Positions 1 to 9,784 are shown, counted from the stretch's first letter. The stretch is 64,000 bases of DNA from an uncultured Actinomycetes bacterium (GCA_963766295.1 CAVXYW010000001.1:196364-260363), one strand, 5' to 3'. The notes: generated by a model from the letters alone, not told the origin. Numbers and translations: made by a program.

Positions 1-1003
1 CGCTCAGCTGCACCGTGCTATTCGCGACGACGATGAACAGGAAACCGGCGGTTCCAACGAGGAACAAGCCGAAGTATGCCGAGGTTAGGCTGGGAGCGAA
101 CGAAGCGAGCAACTCCAAAGCGCCGAAGGCGATCGCTGATCCGACGAGCATTCTGCGCGTGGGCTTCTTCCGAGTCGCCGCATACATGGCCCCGATCAAG
201 GATCCGATCGCCATCACCGCCGTCAGGTTTCCGAATGTCGTTGCGTCGCCATTGAACGTGAAACGGGCCAACAACGGCAGGACGATCTGGAAGTTCAGAC
301 CGAGCGTCGATACAACTCCCATGAGCACGATCGGCAGCAAGACGTCGGGCTCGGACCTCACGTAACTGAACCCGGCCCGGATCTGGCCCTTCTCTTTTCC
401 GACCGGCTTCGTCCGACGGAGCTCGCTTTCCCTCATGAGCCACAGAGCGATTAGCACGCCGACGAAACTGATGGAGTTGACGAAGAAGCAGGCGGCGATG
501 GACACCGTCGCGATAACTACGCCGGCTGCCGCCGAGCCAATTGTTCGCGCGAGGTTGAATACGGCGCTGTTCAGACTCACCGCGTTCATGACGTCGTCTT
601 CGGGAACCATCTCGGACACGAAAGCCTGTCGTGCAGGCACGTCGATCACCTGGATGAGTCCGTATATCAATGCGAATCCATAGACCATCCACAGCTCGAT
701 ATGTCCGGAAGCTGTCAACGTTGCGAGAGCTAACGCTTCAATCAGGAAGAGGCTTTGAGTGAGCATCAGGATGCGCCGCTTGTTCAGGCGATCGGCGAGG
801 AGACCGCCCCACACACCGAACAACAATGTCGGTCCGAACTGCAAAGCAGTCGCCAGCCCGACCGCGACGCCGCTGTTGCTCAGCTTCAGGACCAGCCAGG
901 ACTGCCCGATGATCTGCATCCACGTGCCAAACAGCGAGATCAGCTGGCCGCCGAAGAACAACCTGTAGTTGCGCGTCCTGAGCGCGCGGAAGGCGTTCTT
1001 CAT
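1..1003 (-). CDS. MFS transporter (EntS/DUF894-like), C-terminal part beyond the window edge
   Basis: Absent from the ORF track because it has no stop in the window. Reverse translation from the ATG at 1003..1001 gives MKNAFRALRTRNYRLFFGGQLISLFGTWMQIIGQSWLVLKLS..LADRLNKRRIL.. with successive hydrophobic helices. ATGA overlap with the marR stop. Confidence 0.8.
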   Translation of the reverse strand, partial: MKNAFRALRTRNYRLFFGGQLISLFGTWMQIIGQSWLVLKLSNSGVAVGLATALQFGPTLLFGVWGGLLADRLNKRRILMLTQSLFLIEALALATLTASGHIELWMVYGFALIYGLIQVIDVPARQAFVSEMVPEDDVMNAVSLNSAVFNLARTIGSAAAGVVIATVSIAACFFVNSISFVGVLIALWLMRESELRRTKPVGKEKGQIRAGFSYVRSEPDVLLPIVLMGVVSTLGLNFQIVLPLLARFTFNGDATTFGNLTAVMAIGSLIGAMYAATRKKPTRRMLVGSAIAFGALELLASFAPSLTSAYFGLFLVGTAGFLFIVVANSTVQLS

Positions 1004-1428
1004 CGCTCACCAAGCCGATCGAGGATCTCGACCGCCTCGGTCAAGACGGCGCGCTCCTCTGGGGTCATTTCGGCCAACCGGTGGTTGAGCCAGGCCTCGC
1101 GGCGTTTCTGGTACTCCTCGTGCTCCGCCCGGCCCTTGGCCGTCGCCTCGACGTGCACCACTCGGGCGTCTTCCTTCGATGCCTCGCGCCGGACCAGGCC
1201 ACGCTCCACAAGGGCCGCCACGATCTTCGTCATCGACGGCGGTCTGACGCGCTCGGCCTCGGCAAGGGCGCCGAGGGTCATCGGCCCGACCCTATAAAGG
1301 GTGGCCAGTGTCGTGAGCTGGGACGGGGTCGCGTCTTCCCGGCTCCCTTCCTGGCGAAGGCGGCGCGCCAGCCGAGCAACGGAAACGCGCAGCCTTGAGG
1401 CCAGTTGGCTCTTGGTCAGGGTCGCCAT
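1000..1428 (-). CDS. MarR-family transcriptional regulator
   Basis: Tail of ORF 1000..1557. Real start is probably the ATG at 1428 (MATLTKSQLASRLRVSVARLARRLRQE..PSQLTTLATLYRVGPMTLGALAEAERVRPPSMTKIVAALVERGLV), a winged-HTH MarR pattern. Coupled to the MFS gene. Confidence 0.85.
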   Translation of the reverse strand: MATLTKSQLASRLRVSVARLARRLRQEGSREDATPSQLTTLATLYRVGPMTLGALAEAERVRPPSMTKIVAALVERGLVRREASKEDARVVHVEATAKGRAEHEEYQKRREAWLNHRLAEMTPEERAVLTEAVEILDRLGER

Positions 1429-1465
1429 ATCGTTAGCATAGCAAACATTTAGCTCTGCTAACGAT
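1429..1465. promoter_or_regulatory. Perfect 10-bp inverted repeat ATCGTTAGCA-N17-TGCTAACGAT, candidate MarR operator
   Basis: Read directly from the DNA. Sits immediately upstream of the marR start codon and fills the 37-bp gap to the cyclase stop codon. Confidence 0.6.
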
Positions 1466-3016
1466 CTAGAGCGCCTCCGGTTCGTAGACCAGGGTGGGTT
1501 GGCGACGGCCCCGCAGCGAGAGCTCGTCGCACGCCAACCAGCCGCCTGCGGCGTCACCGGCGGAGATGATCGTCGTCGCGCTCACGAGGACTCGTCCCTC
1601 GCGGTTCTTGGCTTCGTCCACCAAACGCGAGGCCTCGTTGGCGGCGTCACCGATGACCGTGTACTCGCTGCGGTTCTCGGTTCCCACATCGCCGGCAACG
1701 ACTCGTCCAGACGACACACCGATCGCGGCGTCAAACCCGGGATAGGCATTGCCAAGGGACTCGATCTTGGCTCTCAGGGCTGTAGTTGCTCGCAATGCTC
1801 GTTCGGCGTGATCGGACATCTCCACTGGAGCACCGAACACGCAGAGCGCGCCGTCGCCCTGGAACTGATTCACGAGCCCTCCGTGCTCCCCGACGACCAG
1901 AACCACTTCAGCAAACAAGGAGTTGAGCATCGCAACGACCGCCTCCGGAGGACGCTCGGCGGCGAGCGTGGTCGACCCAATCACATCGACGAACATGACG
2001 CTCACATCGAGCTGCGTGCCGCCGAACGTCGCAGCAGCTACCGCACGTTGGGCGACCTCGTCGCCGACATGACGGCTGAAGAGTTGTTGAAGGCGATCTC
2101 TTTCGCGCAACCCGCCGACCATGCGGTTGAAGCCGGACTGGAGCTGGCCTACCTCTCCGGTGTCGTCGACGTCGACGGAAGCCTCGAGGTCTCCCTTCTC
2201 AACGCGCGCGATGGCGTGACGAAGGCCTTCCAGGGGTCTGGATACGGATCGAGCGCCGTTGAGCTGAAGGGTCAAGCTGACCGCAAGACCGAACGCGCAA
2301 CCAAGGACGACGTAAGCGCCCAACCTGTCTTCGGGCGCCCATCCGACGATCATCCCGACCGTCACGAAATAAGAAGCCGTTCCTATGACCCAGATGGACA
2401 ACAGTCGCGCCAGCACGCCGGCGCCTCTCGGTTTGGCCACTTCCGGCGTCATCACAGCGGCGAACAAGGGCCTCATGGCGTCTTCGGCGACCAGAAAGCA
2501 CAACATGCACGCGACAGTGATGGCCGCCCCGTCGATGACGATCAAACGTATGTAGTGGACTCCCAACGGCTCGAAAACAATCGCGATACCGACGGCCATC
2601 ACGACGGCGGCGTAGATCCAGCACTTGAGCGATATGAGCGTGAGACGGCGCGGGTGGTCGATCGTGTACTCCCTTTCCCCGGCGTCCGGCTGGCGGTTCG
2701 CGACGATCCAGGCCGCTATGGGCTGAAAGGTGCGATGCGCTTCTCGTTTGCTCCAGAAGTAAGCCGGCATGTAGACGGCGACGATCGACACCGGACCCAT
2801 CCATGCCGGAAAAGCAAAGCGCGCCTCGATGAAGTCCCACCCGAGGACCAGGAAGACACTTATCGGTACGACGCCTACGAGATTGGCAAGCCAGATGCGA
2901 ACCCAGATCTTCTTCTCCAGGCGCGCGGCAAACTCAGGGCCCATCCCGTCCATGCCCGAAATCGTAGCGGTCGCGGCGCCATCGGACCGGACCTGACGCT
3001 CCGTCAGGTCTGACAT
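1466..3016 (-). CDS. Membrane-bound class III adenylate/guanylate cyclase with HAMP domain
   Basis: 516 aa with an N-terminal multi-TM region, a HAMP-like linker (ARVEKGDLEASVDVDDTGEVGQLQSGFNRMVGGL) and a cyclase core (VSVMFVDVIGSTTLAAE..VNQFQGDGALCVFGAP..GDAANEASRL). Confidence 0.9.
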   Translation of the reverse strand: MSDLTERQVRSDGAATATISGMDGMGPEFAARLEKKIWVRIWLANLVGVVPISVFLVLGWDFIEARFAFPAWMGPVSIVAVYMPAYFWSKREAHRTFQPIAAWIVANRQPDAGEREYTIDHPRRLTLISLKCWIYAAVVMAVGIAIVFEPLGVHYIRLIVIDGAAITVACMLCFLVAEDAMRPLFAAVMTPEVAKPRGAGVLARLLSIWVIGTASYFVTVGMIVGWAPEDRLGAYVVLGCAFGLAVSLTLQLNGARSVSRPLEGLRHAIARVEKGDLEASVDVDDTGEVGQLQSGFNRMVGGLRERDRLQQLFSRHVGDEVAQRAVAAATFGGTQLDVSVMFVDVIGSTTLAAERPPEAVVAMLNSLFAEVVLVVGEHGGLVNQFQGDGALCVFGAPVEMSDHAERALRATTALRAKIESLGNAYPGFDAAIGVSSGRVVAGDVGTENRSEYTVIGDAANEASRLVDEAKNREGRVLVSATTIISAGDAAGGWLACDELSLRGRRQPTLVYEPEAL

Positions 3017-3030
3017 ACTGTCCAGCGCTC

Positions 3031-4152
3031 ATGCCTGATTTCGCGTTCAACGAGGAGCAGGACGCGCTGCGCGCGACCGTTCGTCGCTTCTGCGACGAAC
3101 GGTCTGGATCATCCGAAGTCCGGCGTCTCATGGAAACGTCGGAGGGCTTCGACCCCGACGTGTGGAAGCAGCTAGCGAACGAGCTCGGGCTCACCGGCAT
3201 CCACATCGCCGAGGAAGAGGGTGGTCAGGGCTTCACGTTCGTCGAGCTCACGATCGTTCTCGAGGAGATGGGAAGAGCCCTTTTGTGCGCGCCGTTCTTC
3301 TCGAGCATCTGCTTGGCCGCGAATGCCATCGCTAACGCTGGGACGGAATCCGAGCGCCGTTCACTGCTGCCGCAGATCGCGTCCGGCGATGTGCGCGCCG
3401 CCTTCGCCTTCACCGAACCAAGCGGAGATTGGAGCGCCCAAGGCATCACCGTTCAAGCCGATGGCAACGTGCTTAGCGGCACCAAGACTTACGTGATCGA
3501 CGGTCACACGGCCGACCTCATCGTCGTCACGGCTCGGGAGCCGGGAGGCTCTGGCGTCGACGGGATCTCCTTCTTCACGGTCCCGGCCGAGACAAAAGGA
3601 CTAACTCGAACCCCGTTGGAAACGCTGGACATGACGCGCAAGCAGGCCGAGCTCGTCTTCGACGGTGTCGAAGCAACTCCGCTCGGCGCCGCGGGCGAAG
3701 GGTGGCCTGCGCTGCGCAAAACCCTCAACCAAGCCGCGGTTTGCCTCGCGGCGGAAAGTGTCGGCGGTTCGGAGAAGACGATGGTCATGGCCGTCCAATA
3801 CGCGAAGGATCGCTTCCAGTTCGGACGTCCGATCGGATCGTTCCAAGCGATCAAGCACAAGTGCGCAGACATGCTGCTGCGACTCGAGTCAGCGAAGTCG
3901 GCTGCGTACTACGCGGCGTGGGCCGCGGCCGAGGACAACGAAGAGCTAACCGTCGCCTCGAGCCTCGCGAAGTCGTTCTGCACCGAGTCCTACTTCGCGA
4001 ACTCTCGCGAGAACATCCAGATCCACGGCGGCATCGGCTTCACCTACGAGCACGATTGCCACCTTTACTACCGCCGAGCGAAGTCATCCGAACTCTTCCT
4101 CGGCGATCCCACCTACCACCGAGAGCTGATCGCCGACCGGCTCGGCATCTGA
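3031..4152 (+). CDS. Acyl-CoA dehydrogenase
   Basis: 373 aa with ACAD-like sequence throughout (..FTEPSGDWSAQG.., ..QYAKDRFQFGRPIGSFQAIKHKCADM.., ..IQIHGGIGFTYEHD..). Confidence 0.9.
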   Translation: MPDFAFNEEQDALRATVRRFCDERSGSSEVRRLMETSEGFDPDVWKQLANELGLTGIHIAEEEGGQGFTFVELTIVLEEMGRALLCAPFFSSICLAANAIANAGTESERRSLLPQIASGDVRAAFAFTEPSGDWSAQGITVQADGNVLSGTKTYVIDGHTADLIVVTAREPGGSGVDGISFFTVPAETKGLTRTPLETLDMTRKQAELVFDGVEATPLGAAGEGWPALRKTLNQAAVCLAAESVGGSEKTMVMAVQYAKDRFQFGRPIGSFQAIKHKCADMLLRLESAKSAAYYAAWAAAEDNEELTVASSLAKSFCTESYFANSRENIQIHGGIGFTYEHDCHLYYRRAKSSELFLGDPTYHRELIADRLGI

Positions 4153-4159
4153 CACCTCA

Positions 4160-4594
4160 ATGACGGAACCGCTCGTCGCACAGCACGTGCTGGAGTTCGG
4201 TTACACCCGAAGTCTGGGTCCGACGCTGACGAAGTTCTTCACGGGCCTTCGCGACAAGAAGGTCTTCGGCGCCAAGACGGCCGGCGGAAAGGTCGTCGTT
4301 CCGCCTACGCCACACGACCCGGAAACGGGCGAGGAGGTGAGCGAGCTCGTCGAGGTCGGTACGGCCGGCGTCGTTACGACGTGGGCTTGGGTGGCACATC
4401 CGCGGCCCAAACACCCGCTCGACAAGCCGTTCGCATGGGCCCTCGTCCAACTCGACGGCGCCGACACGGCGATGCTTCACGCCGTCGACGCCGGAGACGA
4501 ATCGAAGATGGCGACCGGCATGCGCGTGCGCGTGCGATGGGCGAACGCAACCGTTGGCTACATAACCGACATCGAGTGCTTCGAGCCTGAATGA
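4160..4594 (+). CDS. DUF35/OB-fold acyl-CoA-associated protein, lacks the Cys4 zinc ribbon
   Basis: 144 aa with a DUF35-like OB region (GVVTTWAWV..FAWALVQLDGADTAMLHAV..GMRVRVRW). No CxxC pairs. ATGA overlap with the next gene. Confidence 0.7.
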   Translation: MTEPLVAQHVLEFGYTRSLGPTLTKFFTGLRDKKVFGAKTAGGKVVVPPTPHDPETGEEVSELVEVGTAGVVTTWAWVAHPRPKHPLDKPFAWALVQLDGADTAMLHAVDAGDESKMATGMRVRVRWANATVGYITDIECFEPE

Positions 4595-5079
4595 CAAACC
4601 AAGAAGACAACACCAACACCTCCTCCGGGGAAGTTACGAGCATCGTCGTCCCCATCCAGCTGGAGTACGACTACACCCCCGGAACCGCCGCGTCGCGTTA
4701 CTTGCGCAAAGTCGCCGAGGGAGAGCTTTCGGGCCAGCGCTGTCCAAAGTGCAAGAAGGTTTACGTGCCGCCGCGTGGTTCATGTCCGACGTGCGGGGTT
4801 CCGACTGAAGAGGAGATAACGCTCGAACAGAAGGGGACGATCACCGGTTTCTGCATAGTGAACATCCCCTTCATGGGCCAAGCCGTCGAGGTCCCATACG
4901 TCAACGCGACGATCAAGCTGGACGGCGCCGACATCGGCTTCTACCACCTGATCCAGGAAGTCCCCTACGACGAAGTGCACATCGGCATGCGCGTCGAGCC
5001 GGTCTGGAAGCCGCGCGAGGAGTGGGGGCCTACTACCGAGTCGATCGCGTATTTCCGCCCGATCAAGGACGGCGAGTGA
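4591..5079 (+). CDS. DUF35/OB-fold protein with rubredoxin-like zinc ribbon
   Basis: 162 aa with CPKCKKVYVPPRGSCPTCG followed by an OB-fold segment (GTITGFCIVNIPF..VNATIKLDGADIGFYHLI). TGATG overlap with the downstream thiolase-like gene. Confidence 0.85.
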   Translation: MTNQEDNTNTSSGEVTSIVVPIQLEYDYTPGTAASRYLRKVAEGELSGQRCPKCKKVYVPPRGSCPTCGVPTEEEITLEQKGTITGFCIVNIPFMGQAVEVPYVNATIKLDGADIGFYHLIQEVPYDEVHIGMRVEPVWKPREEWGPTTESIAYFRPIKDGE

Positions 5080-6134
5080 TGCGTGATGTAGCCGTCGTCG
5101 CCTTCGCGCAATCGCCGAGCATCCGGCGCGAACCGGAGCGCAACGAGGTCGAGATCCTCATGCCTGTGGTCAAAGAGGTGCTCGACTCCGTGGGATTGAC
5201 GAAGGACGACATCGGATTCACATGCTCGGGTACATCGGACTTCCTCGCCGGGCAACCGTTCTCTTTCGTCTCGGCCCTCGATGCGGTCGGCGCGTGGCCC
5301 CCGATCGTCGAGTCGCACGTCGAGATGGACGGCGCTTGGGCCCTCTACGAAGCGTGGGTCAGGCTTCAGCACGGCGATGTCGACACCGCGCTCGTGTACG
5401 CAGTCGGCAAGTCGTCGATGGGCGATCTGCTCGACGTCCTCTGCTTGCAACTAGATCCTTACGTCCTCACACCGCTGTGGCCGGATTCGATAAGCCTTGC
5501 TGCGCTGCAGGCCCGCGCATACTTGGAGAAGACCGGCAAAAGCGAGCGTGATCTCGCCGAGGTTGCCGCACGTAGTCGCGCAAACGCCAAGGACAATCCA
5601 TCTGCGCAGGTCTCGGGTGACTTCGACGCTGCCGCGTTATTGGACGAGCCGTACATCGCATCGCCACTGCGCAAGCACGACTGTCCGCCCATCTCCGACG
5701 GAGCATCTGCAGTCGTTCTGGCCGTCGGAGATCGCGCAAAAGAACTGCGCGGACGTCCGGCATGGATACGAGGGATCGATCATCGCATCGAAGCGCATTC
5801 GTTGGGCGCACGAGACCTAACACACTCCGCCTCCACGAAACTCGCGGGGGAAAGGGCCGGCGTAAATGAAACGCCGGTCGATCTCGCCGAACTGCACGCA
5901 CCCTTCACCCATCAGGAGCTGATACTTCGGTCGGCCCTCGGTCTCGGTGACGACGTCCTTGTGAATCCATCCGGTGGCGCTCTCTCGGCGAATCCCGTGA
6001 TGGTCGCCGGCCTGACGCGGATCGGAGAGGCGGCCCAACGCGTGATCTCCGGAGACGCTAAGCGCGCAGTGGCGCACGCGACGTCCGGACCGTGTCTCCA
6101 GCAGAACCTCGTTTGCGTGCTGGAGGGCGACTGA
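5079..6134 (+). CDS. Thiolase-like protein (SCP-x/lipid-transfer-protein type)
   Basis: Start taken at MRDVAVVAFAQSP (ATG 5079) inside ORF 5022..6134. Thiolase-fold C-terminus (..AELHAPFTHQELILRSALGL..NPSGGALSANPVMVAGL..). Confidence 0.85.
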   Translation: MRDVAVVAFAQSPSIRREPERNEVEILMPVVKEVLDSVGLTKDDIGFTCSGTSDFLAGQPFSFVSALDAVGAWPPIVESHVEMDGAWALYEAWVRLQHGDVDTALVYAVGKSSMGDLLDVLCLQLDPYVLTPLWPDSISLAALQARAYLEKTGKSERDLAEVAARSRANAKDNPSAQVSGDFDAAALLDEPYIASPLRKHDCPPISDGASAVVLAVGDRAKELRGRPAWIRGIDHRIEAHSLGARDLTHSASTKLAGERAGVNETPVDLAELHAPFTHQELILRSALGLGDDVLVNPSGGALSANPVMVAGLTRIGEAAQRVISGDAKRAVAHATSGPCLQQNLVCVLEGD

Positions 6135-7288
6135 TGGCGAATCCCTGTGCCGTCATCGGCATCGGACAAACCAAGCACGACACCAAGCGCGAAGACTGCT
6201 CTCAGATCGACCTCGTGAGAGAGGCAGCCGTGCGGGCACTCCAGGACGCCGACCTCACGTGGAAGGACATCGACGCCGTCGTCATCGGTAAAGCTCCGGA
6301 CACCTTCGAGGGCGTGATGATGCCCGAGCTGTTCCTCGCCGATGCGCTTGGTGCAGTGGGCAAGCCGATGATGCGCGTGCACACGGCCGGAAGCGTCGGC
6401 GGATCGACGGCGTTGGTCGCGGCAAGCCTCATCCAAGCCGGCGTGCACGATCGAGTTCTAACAGTCGCTTACGAAAAGCAATCCGAATCGGACGCGATGT
6501 GGGCGCTGTCTATGCGCATCCCCTTCTCTCCGCCGCTTGTCGCCGGCGCCGGCGGATACTTCGCTCCGCACATCCGTGAATACATCCGGCGCTCTAAAGC
6601 ACCGGATGACATCGGCATAAAGGTGGCGGTGAAGGACCGTCTCAACGGCGTGAAGAATCCGTACGCCCACCTCCACCTGCCCGACATCACCTACGAAGAG
6701 GTCCGCGACTCGCTGATGCTGTGGGCCCCGATTCGCTACCTCGAGACCTGCCCCTCGTCGGACGGAGCCTGCGCACTGGTTCTTGCGAGTGAGTCGGCAG
6801 CGAAAGCACCGGCTCCTCCCGCCTGGGTGCACGGCACAGCGATGCGTTCGGAACCGACGATGTTCGCCGGCCGCGACGAAGTGAACCCTGTCGCCGGACA
6901 GGAGTGCGCGCGCGACGTCTATTCGCAGGCGGGGATCACGGATCCGCGCAAAGAGATCGACGCCGCCGAGATCTACGTCCCGTTCAGCTGGTTCGAAGCG
7001 ATGTGGATGGAGAACCTGCACTTCGCACCGGAAGGTGAGGGCTGGAAGATGACCGACACCGGCGCAACCGCGATGGACGGCGACATGCCGATCAATCCGT
7101 CCGGTGGCGTCATGTGCTCGAACCCCATCGGGGCATCGGGGATGCTTCGCTTCGCCGAGGCGGCCATGCAGGTGCGCGGTCAGGGCGGCGAGCACCAGAT
7201 CGACGGAGCGAGAATCGCGATGGGCCACGCGTACGGCGGCGGCTCGCAGTACTACGCGATGTGGATCGTTGGAGCCGCCAAGCCCTAA
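6134..7288 (+). CDS. Thiolase-like protein (SCP-x/lipid-transfer-protein type)
   Basis: Start at MANPCAVIGIGQTKH (ATG 6134, TGATG overlap). Motifs SSDGACALVLASE and NPSGGVMCSNPIGASGM. Confidence 0.85.
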   Translation: MANPCAVIGIGQTKHDTKREDCSQIDLVREAAVRALQDADLTWKDIDAVVIGKAPDTFEGVMMPELFLADALGAVGKPMMRVHTAGSVGGSTALVAASLIQAGVHDRVLTVAYEKQSESDAMWALSMRIPFSPPLVAGAGGYFAPHIREYIRRSKAPDDIGIKVAVKDRLNGVKNPYAHLHLPDITYEEVRDSLMLWAPIRYLETCPSSDGACALVLASESAAKAPAPPAWVHGTAMRSEPTMFAGRDEVNPVAGQECARDVYSQAGITDPRKEIDAAEIYVPFSWFEAMWMENLHFAPEGEGWKMTDTGATAMDGDMPINPSGGVMCSNPIGASGMLRFAEAAMQVRGQGGEHQIDGARIAMGHAYGGGSQYYAMWIVGAAKP

Positions 7289-8109
7289 CCGCCGGTCGTC
7301 ACCACAGTCGTAGAGCCGCGCTTGACGACGGCGACCACAGCGAAGAACGCGGCGCAGACCAGAACGATTGTCCCGCCGGGAGCCAAGGCCCAGACCCGTG
7401 CGGCGGCGAGGCCGACGATCACCGACGCCATGCCGATGACGACAGACCAGCGCAGTGTGTTCCTGAAGGAATTGGACAAGAGCTGAGCCGAAGCCACCGG
7501 CAGAACCATCAGTGCGGCAACGAGAAGCAGCCCGACGATGCGCATGGAAGCGACGATGGTTACCGCCGTAAGGACGGCCAGCATCATGTTGAGCAAACGG
7601 GCGGGAACGCCGGCGACGCCGGCCCACTCCTCGTCCATCACCAACCCGAACAAGGCGCGACGGGACAGGCTGATCGCACAGACGACGACCGCTCCAAGGA
7701 TCGCGATCGTCAACAGTTCGCCGGGATCGACCGTCAGGACCGACCCGAACAAGTAGGAGAAAAGGCCAGCGTTGAGAGATTTGTCGAGACCTGCCAGGAC
7801 TACGCCACCGGCGATGCCGGTGTAGAAGAACAACGCAAGCGCAACGTCACCACTGGCTTGAGCGCGACTTCGCAACCTCTCCATCGCTACCGCGGCTAGG
7901 ACGGAAAGGATGAGAGCCGTCCAGACGGGCCAGATGTTGGCCAGTAGCCCGCCCGCGACGCCGGCGAAAGCTACGTGACCAATGCCGTCTCCCATCAAAG
8001 CCATGCGGCGCTGAACCAGGAAGGTCCCGATCAGCGGAGCCGTAGCGCCGACAATTACACCGGCCGCTAGAGCGAGCTGCATGTACTCGCGATCAAAGGG
8101 CCACGGCAT
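7285..8109 (-). CDS. znuB: Metal (zinc-type) ABC transporter permease
   Basis: 274 aa, multi-TM, ABC-3 family pattern (..MALMGDGIGHVAFAGVAGG..). In an operon with ATPase and lipoprotein genes, next to zur. Confidence 0.85.
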   Translation of the reverse strand: MPWPFDREYMQLALAAGVIVGATAPLIGTFLVQRRMALMGDGIGHVAFAGVAGGLLANIWPVWTALILSVLAAVAMERLRSRAQASGDVALALFFYTGIAGGVVLAGLDKSLNAGLFSYLFGSVLTVDPGELLTIAILGAVVVCAISLSRRALFGLVMDEEWAGVAGVPARLLNMMLAVLTAVTIVASMRIVGLLLVAALMVLPVASAQLLSNSFRNTLRWSVVIGMASVIVGLAAARVWALAPGGTIVLVCAAFFAVVAVVKRGSTTVVTTGG

Positions 8110-8111
8110 GT

Positions 8112-8876
8112 CTACCGAAGCTCCTCGAGCCAGGCCGGCAGGTCTTCGGCATGAACACCGAGACTCACACCGGACTCGATGAGTTGCTGCGGCGTACCGT
8201 CGAAGCGGACGCGATTGCGCAGAACGATCACACGATCGAGGTCTCCTGCGACAGAGCTGAGCTCATGCGATACGAGCAGCACTGAACCATCGTGTGCAAG
8301 AACGTGGTGGACGAGGGCGTCGCGAAATCGGGCCTGGGCTTCGGAATCGACGCCGGCGATGGGTTCGTCCAACACGAGCAGCTCTGGTTCGCTGGCCAGA
8401 GCTCGGGCGATGAACGCCCGCTGTTGCTGACCACCGGAGAGTTCGCTTACTCGCTTATCGCGCAATGACTCGAGCTCAACGATCTCGAGGGCGTGGGCGA
8501 TCGCTCCGCGATCCTTGGCTCCCACTCTTCGCCACCACCGACCCCGCGCGAGCCGGCCGGTTGTGACGATCTCCTCAACGGTCGCGGGAAGACTGGCTGC
8601 CAGTTGCGGACGCTGGGGAACGTAGCCAAGCCTCCACCTGTCGCGGAAGCGTTGTGGATCCTCGCCGAAGAGCATGGCTCGCCCAGCACTTGGTCGGAGC
8701 AAACCCAGAATCAGCCTCACAAGCGTCGTTTTGCCCGATCCGTTGGGGCCGACGAGGGCAACGAATTCGCGTCGCCCAACACCGATCGACACATCCTCGA
8801 CGACGGACTGACCGTTGTAGGCAAAGGAAATGCCATCGGTTTGGAGGATCGCCCCGTTTTCGGGAGTCACCGGCAA
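8112..8876 (-). CDS. znuC: Metal ABC transporter ATP-binding protein
   Basis: Walker A GPNGSGKTT, signature LSGGQQQR, Walker B LLVLDEP. The start may instead be the GTG at 8870, which forms a GTGA overlap with the znuA stop. Confidence 0.9.
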   Translation of the reverse strand: MPVTPENGAILQTDGISFAYNGQSVVEDVSIGVGRREFVALVGPNGSGKTTLVRLILGLLRPSAGRAMLFGEDPQRFRDRWRLGYVPQRPQLAASLPATVEEIVTTGRLARGRWWRRVGAKDRGAIAHALEIVELESLRDKRVSELSGGQQQRAFIARALASEPELLVLDEPIAGVDSEAQARFRDALVHHVLAHDGSVLLVSHELSSVAGDLDRVIVLRNRVRFDGTPQQLIESGVSLGVHAEDLPAWLEELR

Positions 8877-9784
8877 CCGAGACCTGAGCGCAGAGCTTCG
8901 AGGTTCTCTCGCATGACGCTCGCGTAGTCTTCGCCGTTTCCGATCTGCTCGGACGTAAGTCCTTCGATGGGATCAAGAACGCCGACTTCCGCCCCCGTCT
9001 CTCTTGCAAGGGTTTTCGCCACATCGGCGGTAACGAGCGTCTCGTAATAGATGGTCGTGACGTCATGCTCTTCGACGAAATCCGCGAGCTCTGCAAGTCG
9101 CTCCGCGTCCGGCTCGGCCTCTGGAGAAAGGCCGGCGATGGAATTCTGACCCAGGCCAAAACGGTCGGCGAGATACCCGAACGACGCGTGGCTCGTGACG
9201 AAGATGTGGCGGTCGCAAACGCTTAGCCCTTCCTCGAATTCTTCGTCGAGCTCTTCGAGAGCGTCGGTGTACACACCAGCGCCGTTCCTATAGTTGCCGG
9301 CATTGTCGGGGTCGGCCTTCGTCAGGACGCGAGCTATCCGTTCGGCCGCGGCGGCCCACTGCGCTGGATCTAACCAGATGTGCGGGTCGGCTGGTCCCGT
9401 CCCCGAGTGATCGGCTTCTCCGTCATCATCGTCATCGATCGCCCGGACCGGCGCATCATCGAGGACGTCGAGGACCACTCCTGTCGCGCGGTCGAGAGCT
9501 TCTTCGAGCGCGGGCTGGAATCCGCCGCCGACATGAAGGACTACGTCGGCATCGATGACATCGTCGAACTGATCCGTGGTGAGTTCGATGTCGTGAGGCT
9601 CGGCCCCCGGAGGCGTGAGGTTCTTCACCTCGACGCGATTACCGCCGATCTGTTTGGCGGCTTCCTCAAGGGGATAGAAAGCGGCGACAACTTTGAGACG
9701 GCCCTCGCTTCGCTCCGGTGAGTCCTGCGCGCAGCCGACAAGAACCAGGCCCGAGAGAGCCAAGCCGACGGCCAACACCCGCAT
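8867..9784 (-). CDS. znuA: Metal ABC transporter substrate-binding lipoprotein with acidic/His loop
   Basis: Lipobox signal MRVLAVGLALSGLVLVGC. ZnuA-type fold with loop AIDDDDDGEADHSGTGPADPH. Confidence 0.85.
   Translation of the reverse strand: MRVLAVGLALSGLVLVGCAQDSPERSEGRLKVVAAFYPLEEAAKQIGGNRVEVKNLTPPGAEPHDIELTTDQFDDVIDADVVLHVGGGFQPALEEALDRATGVVLDVLDDAPVRAIDDDDDGEADHSGTGPADPHIWLDPAQWAAAAERIARVLTKADPDNAGNYRNGAGVYTDALEELDEEFEEGLSVCDRHIFVTSHASFGYLADRFGLGQNSIAGLSPEAEPDAERLAELADFVEEHDVTTIYYETLVTADVAKTLARETGAEVGVLDPIEGLTSEQIGNGEDYASVMRENLEALRSGLGCR

Noticed and set aside
1499-3013. 504-aa plus-strand ORF, with many similar long ORFs (for example 6458-7627, 11158-12483, 15160-16065, 21625-22332, 29329-30075, 54791-55627)
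   Set aside because: These are Arg/Gly/Pro-rich, low-complexity translations antisense to or out of frame with genes that have clear family motifs. Such shadow ORFs are typical of GC-rich DNA.
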